A stretch of 64,000 nt of DNA from Actinomycetota bacterium (GTDB taxonomy: Bacteria > Actinomycetota > Actinomycetes > Nanopelagicales > Nanopelagicaceae): positions 36,724-100,723 of the forward strand of contig JBAXFA010000001.1 of the NCBI GenBank assembly GCA_037140155.1, written 5' to 3'. Of this stretch, positions 49,126 to 61,264 are shown in pieces. The first letter of the stretch is position 1; the number at the start of each line of letters is the position of its first letter. Both the position numbers and the translations under genes were made by a program. Under the pieces are notes generated by a model. It searched no databases. It saw nothing but the letters and a program-made list of their open reading frames with translations, and was not told the DNA's origin.

Positions 49126-49803
49126 TTAGCGGACAGTTACCGATTTAATCTCAATTGGCTGTACTGGAAAACCATCTCCTGCGTAATACGCCTTACTTGA
49201 TGTTTGATCGACTTTATACGCACCAACTTTTTCAATCCGCAACAACAATGGCAGGCCGGTTTTGATCTTGCCCCAGATGGTGTAACTGGCTGGAAGAGTT
49301 GTGTCTTTATAGACTAAAAAGAACTGACTGCCATTGGTATTTGGGCCAGAGTTAGCCATCGCAACGGTGCCTGCCGGATAAGTAAGGATGGTTTTCGTTG
49401 GAAGATTCTCATCTTTATATCCCTGCCAAGAACCTGGAGAACCGTTTCCTTGGGCAGATGGATCACCACATTGCAGAACGTAAAGCCCTTCAGTCGTTAA
49501 GCGATGACAGAAAGAGTTATCAAAGAATTTAGCGCGCGCAAGAGCTGCCATATTGGTAACCGTTTGCGGGGCAGCCGGGTCCAAGGCAATTGTGATCACA
49601 CCGCAATTGGTTGTGATCGTCATCGTGGTTGCTAACTTCTTATCGACTGAAGTTGGTTGTTTCACGGTGGCGGGTGCATGCGCTTTAGAGGTTGGCTTGG
49701 CGCAACCAGCAACTGTAGTTGGACGGTCGGCGGCAGATGCCTGAATAAAAGTTAAAGGTGTCACGGCGATTGCCAGGGCACAGAGCGCAGTAATCCTCTT
49801 CAT
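49126..49803 (-). CDS. secreted cyclophilin-type peptidyl-prolyl cis-trans isomerase
   Basis: FHRLTTEGLYVLQCGDP and GSQFFLVY motifs. Start trimmed to MKRITALCALAIAV (signal peptide), which has a GGAGTAGGA SD. Confidence 0.85.
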   Translation of the reverse strand: MKRITALCALAIAVTPLTFIQASAADRPTTVAGCAKPTSKAHAPATVKQPTSVDKKLATTMTITTNCGVITIALDPAAPQTVTNMAALARAKFFDNSFCHRLTTEGLYVLQCGDPSAQGNGSPGSWQGYKDENLPTKTILTYPAGTVAMANSGPNTNGSQFFLVYKDTTLPASYTIWGKIKTGLPLLLRIEKVGAYKVDQTSSKAYYAGDGFPVQPIEIKSVTVR

Positions 49804-49847
49804 AGTCGAGTTCCTACTCCCATTCAATCTCTTTGCGAGTGTTCATT

Positions 49848-51398
49848 TCATTCCCACTCGATTGTTCCAGGTGGTTTCGACGTCACATCCAACACAACTC
49901 GATTTACTTCGCGCACTTCATTGGTAATTCTAGTTGAGATTTTCTCTAAAGTTTCATATGGGATACGTGACCAATCAGCGGTCATCGCATCTTCGCTAGA
50001 TACAGGACGTAGAACTATTGGGTGGCCATATGTGCGGCCATCACCCTGCACGCCAACGCTACGAACATCGGCCAATAAGACAACTGGACATTGCCAGATC
50101 TGGCGATCAAGACCAGCGGCTTTTAACTCTTCGCGCGCAATCAAATCTGCATGGCGCAGTAAATCAAGACGATCTTTCGTTACTTCACCGATGATGCGAA
50201 TACCAAGGCCGGGACCTGGGAAAGGTTGGCGCCAAACAATTTCTTCAGGAAGTCCTAGTTCTAAACCAACTTGGCGTACTTCATCTTTAAAAAGCGTGCG
50301 CAGTGGTTCTACTAAAGTAAATTTCAGATCATCAGGCAAGCCACCAACATTGTGATGTGACTTGATATTGGCAGTACCGGTACCGCCACCTGATTCCACA
50401 ACATCTGGATACAAGGTGCCCTGCACTAAGAATTCAACGTCACCACCAGCTGCGATATCGCGCGCTGCCTTTTCAAAGGAGCGAATAAATTCACGGCCAA
50501 TGATTTTTCGTTTAGTTTCCGGATCTGTAACACCAGCAAGTGCGTTTAAGAATTGATCAACTGCATCAACCACAACTAGATCTATGCCGGTGGCTGCCAC
50601 AAAGTCACGTTGTACTTGCTCTGATTCACCGCTGCGCAAGAGGCCGTGATCGACGAAGACACAGGTGAGCTGTGAACCAACTGCGCGCTGAATGATCGTC
50701 GCCGCAACCGCTGAGTCGACTCCACCAGATAAACCACAGATCACGCGCTTGCTACCGATTAGCGCCTTGGCTTTAGCGATCTCATTTTCTGCGATATTTC
50801 CGGTGGTCCAATCTGGCTGGCAGCCTGCAATGTTAATTAACCAGTTCTTAAATATCGCTTGGCCATGTTCGGAATGTAGAACTTCTGGGTGAAATTGCAC
50901 ACCCGCAATTTTTCCTGATGCATCTTCAAATGCGGCAATTGGTGTATCAGCCGTTACTGCACAGATAGAAAAACCTGCTGGCGCTTGCGTTACAGCATCA
51001 CCATGTGACATCCAAACACTTTGCACTGCGGGAAGTAATGAGAAGATCTTCGAAGTTGATTCAGTTTTTATCTCAGTACGGCCGAATTCTGATTTACCGG
51101 TCTGACTTACAACACCACCCAGGGCTGCAGCCATTACTTGAAATCCGTAACAAATACCGAAGACTGGAATACCAAGTTTTAATATCTCGCCATCAAATTT
51201 TGGAGCATGATCTGCATAAACGCTAGATGGGCCACCCGATAAGACAATTGCTGCAGGGTTCTTGGCGGTGACTTCAGCTGCTGTGATATGTGATGGAACT
51301 ATTTCAGAATAAACGCTTGCTTCGCGCACGCGACGAGCGATCAGCTGCGCATATTGCGCACCGAAATCGACTACTAAAACACCGCTTTTAGAATTCAA
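49848..51398 (-). CDS. guaA: GMP synthase (glutamine-hydrolysing)
   Basis: GATase domain (GICYGFQ), the ATP-PPase SGGVDS motif and the C-terminal PPGTIEWE. Confidence 0.94.
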   Translation of the reverse strand: MNSKSGVLVVDFGAQYAQLIARRVREASVYSEIVPSHITAAEVTAKNPAAIVLSGGPSSVYADHAPKFDGEILKLGIPVFGICYGFQVMAAALGGVVSQTGKSEFGRTEIKTESTSKIFSLLPAVQSVWMSHGDAVTQAPAGFSICAVTADTPIAAFEDASGKIAGVQFHPEVLHSEHGQAIFKNWLINIAGCQPDWTTGNIAENEIAKAKALIGSKRVICGLSGGVDSAVAATIIQRAVGSQLTCVFVDHGLLRSGESEQVQRDFVAATGIDLVVVDAVDQFLNALAGVTDPETKRKIIGREFIRSFEKAARDIAAGGDVEFLVQGTLYPDVVESGGGTGTANIKSHHNVGGLPDDLKFTLVEPLRTLFKDEVRQVGLELGLPEEIVWRQPFPGPGLGIRIIGEVTKDRLDLLRHADLIAREELKAAGLDRQIWQCPVVLLADVRSVGVQGDGRTYGHPIVLRPVSSEDAMTADWSRIPYETLEKISTRITNEVREVNRVVLDVTSKPPGTIEWE

Positions 51399-51402
51399 TC
51401 GT

Positions 51403-52512
51403 TTAAGCCCCGTGAATAATGACTTCTACGCGCTGGAAAGATTTCACATCTGAGTATCCAGATGTAGCCATAGCGCGGCGAAGTGCGCCGAATAAGTTCA
51501 TTGATCCATCTGAAGTATGTGATGGGCCGAGCAGAATTTCTTCGATTGACCCAACCGTGCCAACGTTTACGCGTTCTCCGCGTGGTAGCTCTTGGTGATG
51601 GGCTTCTGAACCCCAGTGCCAACCAAGTCCTGGCGCTTCAACTGCCTTAGCAAGAGGAGATCCCATCATGACCGCATCTGCGCCACACGCCAGCGCCTTA
51701 GCAATATCACCTGAGCGGCCAACTGAACCATCTGCAATAACGTGAACGTAACGTCCACCAGATTCATCTAAATATTCACGGCGCGCAGCGGCAACTTCAG
51801 CAACAGCAGATGCCATTGGAACTTCAATCCCTAAAACTTTACGAGTTGTGTGAGCTGCTCCCCCACCGAATCCAACCAAGACACCAGCAGCACCAGCGCG
51901 CATCAAGTGCAGGGCACCAGTTGATGTAGCGACTCCACCAACGATTACAGGTACATCTAGCTCGTAGATAAATTTCTTTAAGTTAAGCGCCGAATCATCA
52001 TTGCCAACATGTTCTGCTGAAACTGTTGTACCGCGAATTACGAAGATATCCACGCCGGCATCGATAACGGCCTTGTGTAATTCGGCAGTACGTTGTGGTG
52101 AAAGGGATGCAGCAACTGTTACACCGGCATCGCGAATAGTTTTGATACGTTCTTTAATTAGTTCGGGGCGAATAGGTGCGCTATAGATCTCTTGCATACG
52201 TCGAGTAGCGTGCTTATCTGGCATAGATGCGATTTCACCAAGTGGAATACGGGGATCGTCATATCGAGTCCACAGACCTTCTAGGTTTAAAACACCTAAC
52301 CCGCCGAGCTTGCCAATTGCGATTGCAGTATCTGGTGAGACAACAGAATCCATAGGAGCAGCCATCATTGGAATATCAAATTTATAAGCATCGATCTGCC
52401 AGGCAGTTGAAACATCTTCGGGGTTACGAGTTCGACGGCTTGGGACGATAGCGATGTCGTCGAAAGAGAAAGCTTGGCGGGCGCGTTTTCCTGGTGCGAT
52501 TTCGATATCCAT
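51403..52512 (-). CDS. GuaB3-type IMP-dehydrogenase-related protein
   Basis: 369 aa, IMPDH-barrel-like, without the catalytic GSICTT loop. Its position between guaB and guaA matches mycobacterial guaB3. Confidence 0.85.
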   Translation of the reverse strand: MDIEIAPGKRARQAFSFDDIAIVPSRRTRNPEDVSTAWQIDAYKFDIPMMAAPMDSVVSPDTAIAIGKLGGLGVLNLEGLWTRYDDPRIPLGEIASMPDKHATRRMQEIYSAPIRPELIKERIKTIRDAGVTVAASLSPQRTAELHKAVIDAGVDIFVIRGTTVSAEHVGNDDSALNLKKFIYELDVPVIVGGVATSTGALHLMRAGAAGVLVGFGGGAAHTTRKVLGIEVPMASAVAEVAAARREYLDESGGRYVHVIADGSVGRSGDIAKALACGADAVMMGSPLAKAVEAPGLGWHWGSEAHHQELPRGERVNVGTVGSIEEILLGPSHTSDGSMNLFGALRRAMATSGYSDVKSFQRVEVIIHGA

Positions 52513-52523
52513 GGCGGCCTTCC

Positions 52524-53666
<1,143 letters not shown>

Positions 53667-53683
53667 CTAGTCTAACTTGAGAA

Positions 53684-54559
53684 TTAGGCGCCGATTGCCT
53701 GCTTGATCTGCTCGCAAGCCAGCGTTAAATCGTCAGCAAATGGCATATCTGCGCATTGATCGCGGTCCCAGCCCGGGCCACCCAAGATAACGCGCGGTGA
53801 TGGACGCACTGCCGGGATATCACGGAAGAATTTAGGGTCACCATTTTTTGGTAACTGCGCCCAAAGAAATACCGCAGGCGGGGCGCTACGCGAAATCATG
53901 CTCGATAAAGCTGCAAGTGGAGTACGCGCGCCCAAGAAGTTACATTCAACTTTTTCTTCTGCAAGAGCAGCGTGCAAGGCATGTATTGCCAAGCTATGAA
54001 TCTCTTCGCCGACCGAGGCGATTAACACCGGGCGAGCATTTATTGGGCTCTTTAATTGCTTGGTTCGATCGCGGAGAATTCCAATGATTGTTTCAGAGAG
54101 CAGGTGTTCGACTTCGATACCAGTACCAGTTGCCGCCCAGGCATCGCCAACGATTACGAGAACTGGAACCATGACTTCTTGCCAGCTGTCGATAACTCCA
54201 TATTTTGCAATATCTTTACGCAATAACTCTTCCACAAAAGTTCGGTCTAGCGAGTTTGCAGCGCTAACGATAGCTAAAACAACATCCTCACGAATTTCGC
54301 AGTTCTGTAAAATCTTTTCTACTTTTACTTCACCTTTATGGGATAAAGCTTGCTCTGCTGCATCTGCGGGTGCGACTCCGGCTGAGATTAACCGTCGCAT
54401 TAAAGTTAACTTGGCGAGATCGCTCGGACAATATCTGCGATGTTCTCCAGCTTCGTGGCTAGAAGGCCCAAGACCATAGCGGCGAGCCCAGGTTCGCAGG
54501 GTGGCTGGGGCTACTCCGATTTGGCGCGCGACCGCCGCGACCGTGAATAGCTCTTCCAT
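53684..54559 (-). CDS. MerR-family transcriptional regulator with a C-terminal B12-binding-like domain
   Basis: N-terminal MerR HTH (FTVAAVARQIGVAPATLRTWARRYGL...HRRY). The C-terminal Rossmann-like segment VLIASVGEEIHSLAIHAL...FLGARTP...ILGGPGW resembles the CarH/LitR B12 domain. Start trimmed to MEELFTV; the track start is 54610. Confidence 0.65.
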   Translation of the reverse strand: MEELFTVAAVARQIGVAPATLRTWARRYGLGPSSHEAGEHRRYCPSDLAKLTLMRRLISAGVAPADAAEQALSHKGEVKVEKILQNCEIREDVVLAIVSAANSLDRTFVEELLRKDIAKYGVIDSWQEVMVPVLVIVGDAWAATGTGIEVEHLLSETIIGILRDRTKQLKSPINARPVLIASVGEEIHSLAIHALHAALAEEKVECNFLGARTPLAALSSMISRSAPPAVFLWAQLPKNGDPKFFRDIPAVRPSPRVILGGPGWDRDQCADMPFADDLTLACEQIKQAIGA

Positions 54560-54634
54560 GGGGTAATCGTGGCGGTATCTGAGAGATCCCACCACTTGAA
54601 ACACGCTCAACCCTCAGGATTTAAGTGACGAAAC

Positions 54635-54680
54635 GAACAACCTATGGCGCGGTAAATGCTTGAACAACCTATGGCGCGGT
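54635..54680. repeat. perfect 19-bp tandem direct repeat (27-bp period) in the MerR/whiB3 divergent promoter region
   Basis: GAACAACCTATGGCGCGGT occurs at 54635-54653 and again at 54662-54680. The second copy ends 2 nt before a TAGGCT -10-like hexamer (54683-54688). Confidence 0.9.
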
Positions 54681-54716
54681 TGTAGGCTTCCCCTATAACA
54701 AGGCAAGGAGAAGGCA

Positions 54717-55016
54717 ATGGCTGAAACATCACGTCTACCGCTTCCAATCGCAGATCATTGGGAATGGCAGTACGAGGGCGCTTGCCGCGAGCTACCTGCT
54801 GAAATGTTCTTTCATCCAGATGGCGAACGCGGTCCGCGCCGTCGCAATCGTGAAAATGCCGCGAAAGCTGTTTGCGCATCATGCCCGGTAATCGCTGCCT
54901 GTCGCGCACATGCCTTGGCTGTACAAGAGCCTTACGGAATCTGGGGCGGTCTATCAGAAGATGATCGCGCGCTAATTCTCAACAAAGAACTGCCAACAGT
55001 TTACGAAGCTTCCTAA
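54717..55016 (+). CDS. whiB3: WhiB-family [4Fe-4S] transcription factor, WhiB3/WhiD type
   Basis: Cys pattern C23-x29-C53-x2-C56-x5-C62, plus the MFFHPDGERG and GIWGGLSE motifs. AAGGAGAAGG SD. Adjacent to groEL, as in mycobacteria and Streptomyces. Confidence 0.92.
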   Translation: MAETSRLPLPIADHWEWQYEGACRELPAEMFFHPDGERGPRRRNRENAAKAVCASCPVIAACRAHALAVQEPYGIWGGLSEDDRALILNKELPTVYEAS

Positions 55017-55040
55017 TTTTTTAACCATCCTAGTAATAAA

Positions 55041-55068
55041 AAATCCCCCGCATCTGTGCGGGGGATTT
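55041..55068. terminator. bidirectional rho-independent terminator between whiB3 and groEL
   Basis: AAATCCCCCGCA / TCTG loop / TGCGGGGGATTT. Perfect 12-bp stem flanked by A- and T-runs. Confidence 0.88.
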
Positions 55069-55089
55069 TTTTATCTAAACGATTAGTGG

Positions 55090-56730
<1,641 letters not shown>

Positions 56731-57024
56731 TTACTTCTCGATTACAGCAAGAATGTCGCGAGCTGAAAGTACGAGGTACTCCTCGTTGTTGTACTTAACT
56801 TCAGTTCCGCCGTACTTGCTGTAGAGAACAACGTCGCCGACCTTGACATCCATAGGAACGCGAACGCCGTCATCGAAACGACCAGGACCTACGGCTACGA
56901 CTGTGCCTTCCTGTGGCTTCTCTTTTGCAGTGTCAGGAATAACGAGTCCTGATGCTGTGGTGGTCTCGGCTTCTGATGCCTTAACAACGATGCGATCTTC
57001 GAGTGGCTTGATGGCTACTGCCAT
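56731..57024 (-). CDS. groES: co-chaperonin GroES
   Basis: Start trimmed to [15 protein letters not shown], which has a GGAGAAAAAA SD. The track extension overlaps the CIRCE element and the tsaD end. Confidence 0.93.
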   Translation of the reverse strand: MAVAIKPLEDRIVVKASEAETTTASGLVIPDTAKEKPQEGTVVAVGPGRFDDGVRVPMDVKVGDVVLYSKYGGTEVKYNNEEYLVLSARDILAVIEK

Positions 57025-57041
57025 GATTTTTTCTCCTTCAA

Positions 57042-57068
57042 TTAGCAGTGTGTGGCTTAGAGTGCTAA
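57042..57068 (-). promoter_or_regulatory. CIRCE (HrcA operator) upstream of groES
   Basis: On the groES strand it reads TTAGCACTC-N9-CACTGCTAA. The consensus is TTAGCACTC-N9-GAGTGCTAA, so one half is perfect and the other has 2 mismatches. Confidence 0.8.
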
Positions 57069-57076
57069 CTGTAGTT

Positions 57077-58108
57077 CTAGAGGGCAACCCGCTCAACTTG
57101 GAGGGCGGAATCAGCGTCAAAGGCCTGTGGCCCAGGGGCGCGGCCGGCGGCGACCATCAGCGAGCCCAGGGCTGCCACCATCGCCCCGTTATCGGTACAA
57201 AGGGCTGGGCTTGGAATGCGTAGGCGAACCCCGGCTTTAGCGCAACGCTCTTCGGCCAAATGGCGCAGCCTGGAATTAGCGGCAACTCCCCCAGCAATTA
57301 CTAGCGAATCAATCCCAGTTGCTTTACATGCCGCCAAAGATTTCAACAGCAGCACATCAACTATGGATTCTTGGAACGAAGCTGCCACATCGCCCTTTTT
57401 ATAATCTGGCGTACTTTCTAAATATCTAGCAACGGCAGTTTTTAAACCAGAGAAAGAAAAATCGTAAGGACGAGTTGCCCAATCGTTGCTAGTTGTTAAA
57501 CCACGTGGAAAATCAATTGCTGTTGGTGATCCCAAAAGGGATGTTTTGTCAATTGCGGGACCACCAGGAAATCCAAGTCCCATAACGCGTGCGATTTTAT
57601 CGAAGGCCTCACCGGCTGCATCATCCATCGTCGCACCCAGTTTGGTAATAGTTGATGTTATGTCATCTACTTGCAACAAGGATGAATGTCCACCACTAAC
57701 CAACAAAGCAATCGTCGGATCAGTTGGCAGATCATGAGTTAAGTAATCAACGCTGATGTGAGCGGCTAAATGGTTAACGCCATATAAAGGCTTACCTAAA
57801 CCCAGCGCCAGTCCACTGGCAGATGCGACACCGACTAATAGAGCACCGACTAAACCAGGGCCGGCAGTAACTGCAACCGCATCAATATCTTTAAGTGAAA
57901 TATCGGCATCGCGCACCGCTTTTTCAATGCTTGGCAACATCGCTTCTAGATGTGCACGGCTAGCGATTTCCGGGACGACTCCCCCAAAGCGGGCATGTTC
58001 TTCCACGCTAGAGGCGATCACATTGGCCAACAACTTTCGCCCGCGCACAATGCCAATTGCGGTCTCATCGCAAGAGGTTTCAATTCCTAAAACAATTGGC
58101 TCGCTCAT
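57077..58108 (-). CDS. tsaD: tRNA N6-adenosine threonylcarbamoyltransferase
   Basis: [10 protein letters not shown] start and the HLAAHI motif. Confidence 0.93.
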   Translation of the reverse strand: MSEPIVLGIETSCDETAIGIVRGRKLLANVIASSVEEHARFGGVVPEIASRAHLEAMLPSIEKAVRDADISLKDIDAVAVTAGPGLVGALLVGVASASGLALGLGKPLYGVNHLAAHISVDYLTHDLPTDPTIALLVSGGHSSLLQVDDITSTITKLGATMDDAAGEAFDKIARVMGLGFPGGPAIDKTSLLGSPTAIDFPRGLTTSNDWATRPYDFSFSGLKTAVARYLESTPDYKKGDVAASFQESIVDVLLLKSLAACKATGIDSLVIAGGVAANSRLRHLAEERCAKAGVRLRIPSPALCTDNGAMVAALGSLMVAAGRAPGPQAFDADSALQVERVAL

Positions 58109-58563
58109 ACTTTGAGCTCCTTACGCATTACAAAAGCATCTAAACCTGGGCCGTAATAGCCTTTGCGAGTTGAGATATTTTCATAACCCAACTTTTCATA
58201 TAGCGCGATGGCACTCACATTTTCTGTACCAACTTCCAACATCATCGCGGGCGCACCTTTAGAAATAGACCATTTCTCAAGCTCTGACATGAAGTGGCTG
58301 GCAATACCTTGGCGGGTGTAATCAGGTAAAACCGCCACAGTTAAGACATCGGCTTCAACCCCTGGCGCCACGACCAATACTGCGGCATAGCCAACTATCT
58401 GATCTTCATCGTTTGTGGCAACTAAGAAATATCGCGAATTAGGCACGCCCTTGAACTCTTCTTTGAACTGCCCCATTGACCAGGGCGAATCAGCAAATAA
58501 AACTCGTTCCATGGAAACCAAAACTGGCAGATCCAGCTGCATCGCAGCGCGGTAGCTAATCAT
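58105..58563 (-). CDS. rimI: ribosomal-protein-alanine N-acetyltransferase (GNAT)
   Basis: 152-aa GNAT fold (RQGIASHFM). 4-nt overlaps with both tsaB and tsaD. Confidence 0.8.
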   Translation of the reverse strand: MISYRAAMQLDLPVLVSMERVLFADSPWSMGQFKEEFKGVPNSRYFLVATNDEDQIVGYAAVLVVAPGVEADVLTVAVLPDYTRQGIASHFMSELEKWSISKGAPAMMLEVGTENVSAIALYEKLGYENISTRKGYYGPGLDAFVMRKELKV

Positions 58564-59093
58564 CTGCGCTCCGCAGTTGGCACGGCATCTGGCCGACGCA
58601 GATACATCGGTTCAGTAATATTTTGGCTTTTGCTTAGCGCCACTAACTTTTCCATATCTGGATATAAATCAAGGATGTAGCCAGATACATCAGCTGGTTT
58701 ATCTACTGCTGGCCCTGCTACACGCACGCCGTCTTTATATGAAGCCCAGTAAATCTCTTTGCGGCGCGCATCTATTGCCACGGTGTATTCATCTGTATCA
58801 ACAACGATCGCATCGAGTGAACAAACTCCAATTACTGGAATTTCACGAGCAAGAGCAAAAGTATGCGCGAAGGTAATTCCAACCCGTAATCCAGTAAAAG
58901 GACCAGGTCCCATGCCGACGACTACTTGGTCAGGCTTTGGAGAAACTTCTAGCGCTTTGGAAACTAGCTCAGTAATTGCAAAACCATGTTCGGTAGCGCC
59001 TTCATGAAAGCCTTCAAATAAGACTTTGCCATCTTCAATGATCGCAACGATTGTGCGGTTCGTTGCCGTATCAATCGCTAGTGAAAACGTCAT
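58560..59093 (-). CDS. tsaB: tRNA threonylcarbamoyladenosine biosynthesis protein TsaB
   Basis: LAIDTATNR start. Trimmed to the ATG at 59093, which gives a 4-nt overlap with the tsaE stop. Confidence 0.85.
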   Translation of the reverse strand: MTFSLAIDTATNRTIVAIIEDGKVLFEGFHEGATEHGFAITELVSKALEVSPKPDQVVVGMGPGPFTGLRVGITFAHTFALAREIPVIGVCSLDAIVVDTDEYTVAIDARRKEIYWASYKDGVRVAGPAVDKPADVSGYILDLYPDMEKLVALSKSQNITEPMYLRRPDAVPTAERR

Positions 59094-59527
59094 AGGTTTA
59101 ACTCTGCCCAACGAGGGCCGATTGCCCGACATGTAATAACTCGTTCATCAACTGTGCGATCAATATCAATTTCCAAACGCTCATCCGATAAACGAGCGGA
59201 CTCGGCCCCGCCCCATTCGATAACGGTGACAGCGCTTTCCCGGGCAGTATCCAGATCTAAATCATCCAAGTACAGCGCCGCTTTCCCGCTTTCCAATAAC
59301 CGATAGGTGTCGACATGTATCAGCGGCAGCGCACCCGGATGGATACGTGAGATAACAAATGTTGGCGAGGTAACTTCAGTTATGCCAAGGGCGGCACCTA
59401 TGCCTTGCACCAAGACTGTTTTGCCAGCTCCAAGTGGGCCGTTTAAAAGGATGAGATCACCGGCACGAAGTTGTGCACCAATTTTTTCGCCAAGGCCAAA
59501 CATATCTTGCGCCGTTGCGATCTTCAT
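59090..59527 (-). CDS. tsaE: tRNA threonylcarbamoyladenosine biosynthesis ATPase TsaE
   Basis: P-loop GPLGAGKT. TACCCT hexamer 8 nt upstream of the ATG. Confidence 0.85.
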   Translation of the reverse strand: MKIATAQDMFGLGEKIGAQLRAGDLILLNGPLGAGKTVLVQGIGAALGITEVTSPTFVISRIHPGALPLIHVDTYRLLESGKAALYLDDLDLDTARESAVTVIEWGGAESARLSDERLEIDIDRTVDERVITCRAIGPRWAELNL

Positions 59528-59547
59528 AAGGGTTAAGGGTACTCGTG

Positions 59548-59588
59548 AAAAAGAGATAGGGGCCGCGCTCTCGCGCGACCCCTATCTC
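59548..59588 (-). terminator. rho-independent terminator after the secreted hydrolase gene
   Basis: On the minus strand: GAGATAGGGGTCGCGC..GCGCGGCCCCTATCTC followed by TTTTT. It lies 27 nt after the hydrolase stop and 21 nt before the tsaE ATG. Confidence 0.8.
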
Positions 59589-59614
59589 GTAGGATCTTTT
59601 CTACAACTCAAATT

Positions 59615-61264
59615 TTACTGGTTGTAGTACTTCATCCATGGATAGAGAGTGTCACGGTCAATCTTGAGGTATTTAGCCTTTGTGACCTTACTTAACTGTG
59701 CACCTGTCCAAGGTAAGTTGCCAGTGATCGCAGCCTCAATTGCTGTATCAATTACCACCTTGTATTGAGCCATTGTGAAGTTAGTATGACCAGTACCTGG
59801 AGTTCCCGTAATTGAAATTGGGCCACCATCTGCATCAAACTTCGACCATGTCTTAGGAGTTACGCTCCAGATAACCTGCAACTTACGAGCAGGTGCTGAA
59901 TATGCACCGCTCTTCTGTGCAGCTTTCATCGCAGCAGCTTTTGCAGCAGCGAAATCTGCTTCGTAGAGATCAGAGATGCGCTGAACGATTCCGGCAGGTT
60001 CTACTGGATCGTGTTGACCAATCATCATCACTGTTGGAACTTTGATCTTGCCAGTGCTCTCGTACATGGTTGCAGCAGACTTTGCCAATGCTGCAGCATC
60101 CCCCTTGATGCGTGGAGCATCTGGGTTTAGTGGGCTGAGTGTTTGCAACATTCCAGCAATTGCGGTGTTACCGCTAAGGCCAGCGTTGTAAACAGTGCGA
60201 TCTTCATCGCTGAGCTGCTTTGAATAATCGGTCTTCTGATTATCAAAGCTATTTCCACCCATCTTGTTCTGCATATCGCGGGCACCGAGCAATGAATACC
60301 CAAGTACTCCCGAAATATTTTCCAAGGTAGCAAGAGCTGGTGCGTAAGCAAGTGGCCATGCAGTAGCGGCAGCACCTGGTGGTCCTGCAATGCCATCAAA
60401 TGATGAGCTCTGTGCACTGATGCCTGCTAGACGACCAATCATCAAGAGCGCACTACGTGATGGGATTCCGCCAGCATATAGAGCAAGTCCTGACTTGCTT
60501 GAAGTCGTTGGCCACGCACCCGATGCAACTCCAGCCTTAAGGGCTGTCAAAATTGCGGTGTACTTCTGGAGATCTCCCAACATCTGCATATCTCCGGCAG
60601 CGCCTGCAGCGTAGCCAGTTAATTTAATTGATGGATCAAACCAAGTCTTCATTAACCAAAGTAGGTCAATAAAGTACTTGCTTTGTGAGCCCCAAGCATC
60701 AACTGGGTTCATAACCGCAGCTGATGAAATTAGCTCTGGGTGCTGCTCGGCAAAAGCCTGAGTAATTCCGCCACCCATTGAGTAACCCCAAGCAACAACT
60801 TTTGTAGTTGTTGTGAACTTAGCTTTAAAGATTCCAATAAGTTCTGTATTGGTCTTTACCGCTTCATCCAGGTTCCATCCTTGGGTGCTAAAACCAGAAC
60901 CCATGACAGCAACGCCCTTATCGGTTAAGTACTTAACTAATTCAGGACTTCCACCGCTTTGGCCTGGGCCATTTGGTGCAATCTGCGCAGTTGAATCAAT
61001 AGAAAAACCTGCAGCAGGAATCGATGTGTTTCCACCGAAACCATGTGACCAAATTGTCACAGTGCCATTAAATGTGGCAGGCACAACCATCTTGTAGGCA
61101 GCGCCATCCGATGTTGTTCCTGTACATGTCTGTACTGGAGTCTTTCCATCACAGACTGGATCAGTTGCTGCAGCGTTAGCTGGTGCTGCAACTACTAAAG
61201 TTGCAAGCATTGTGGCTGTTGAAACTAGCGCAAATGCGCGTGATTTAAACGATGTAGTTCTCAT
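59615..61264 (-). CDS. secreted alpha/beta-hydrolase-fold protein of unknown specificity
   Basis: Sec signal peptide (..VVAAPANA/AATD) and nucleophile elbow GYSMGG. Candidate Asp is in GQHDPV and candidate His in GTGHTNF, with a long insertion between Ser and Asp. The ATG overlaps the stop of the upstream SBP gene (TAATG). Confidence 0.6.
   Translation of the reverse strand: MRTTSFKSRAFALVSTATMLATLVVAAPANAAATDPVCDGKTPVQTCTGTTSDGAAYKMVVPATFNGTVTIWSHGFGGNTSIPAAGFSIDSTAQIAPNGPGQSGGSPELVKYLTDKGVAVMGSGFSTQGWNLDEAVKTNTELIGIFKAKFTTTTKVVAWGYSMGGGITQAFAEQHPELISSAAVMNPVDAWGSQSKYFIDLLWLMKTWFDPSIKLTGYAAGAAGDMQMLGDLQKYTAILTALKAGVASGAWPTTSSKSGLALYAGGIPSRSALLMIGRLAGISAQSSSFDGIAGPPGAAATAWPLAYAPALATLENISGVLGYSLLGARDMQNKMGGNSFDNQKTDYSKQLSDEDRTVYNAGLSGNTAIAGMLQTLSPLNPDAPRIKGDAAALAKSAATMYESTGKIKVPTVMMIGQHDPVEPAGIVQRISDLYEADFAAAKAAAMKAAQKSGAYSAPARKLQVIWSVTPKTWSKFDADGGPISITGTPGTGHTNFTMAQYKVVIDTAIEAAITGNLPWTGAQLSKVTKAKYLKIDRDTLYPWMKYYNQ

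Noticed and set aside
54607-54909. 100-aa minus-strand ORF spanning the whiB3 promoter and the whiB3 5' half. It translates the 19-bp repeat as a repeated peptide (YRAIGCS).
   Set aside because: It overlaps the well-supported whiB3 CDS in antisense. The repeated peptide is simply the translation of the DNA repeat. It has no SD and no plausible fold.
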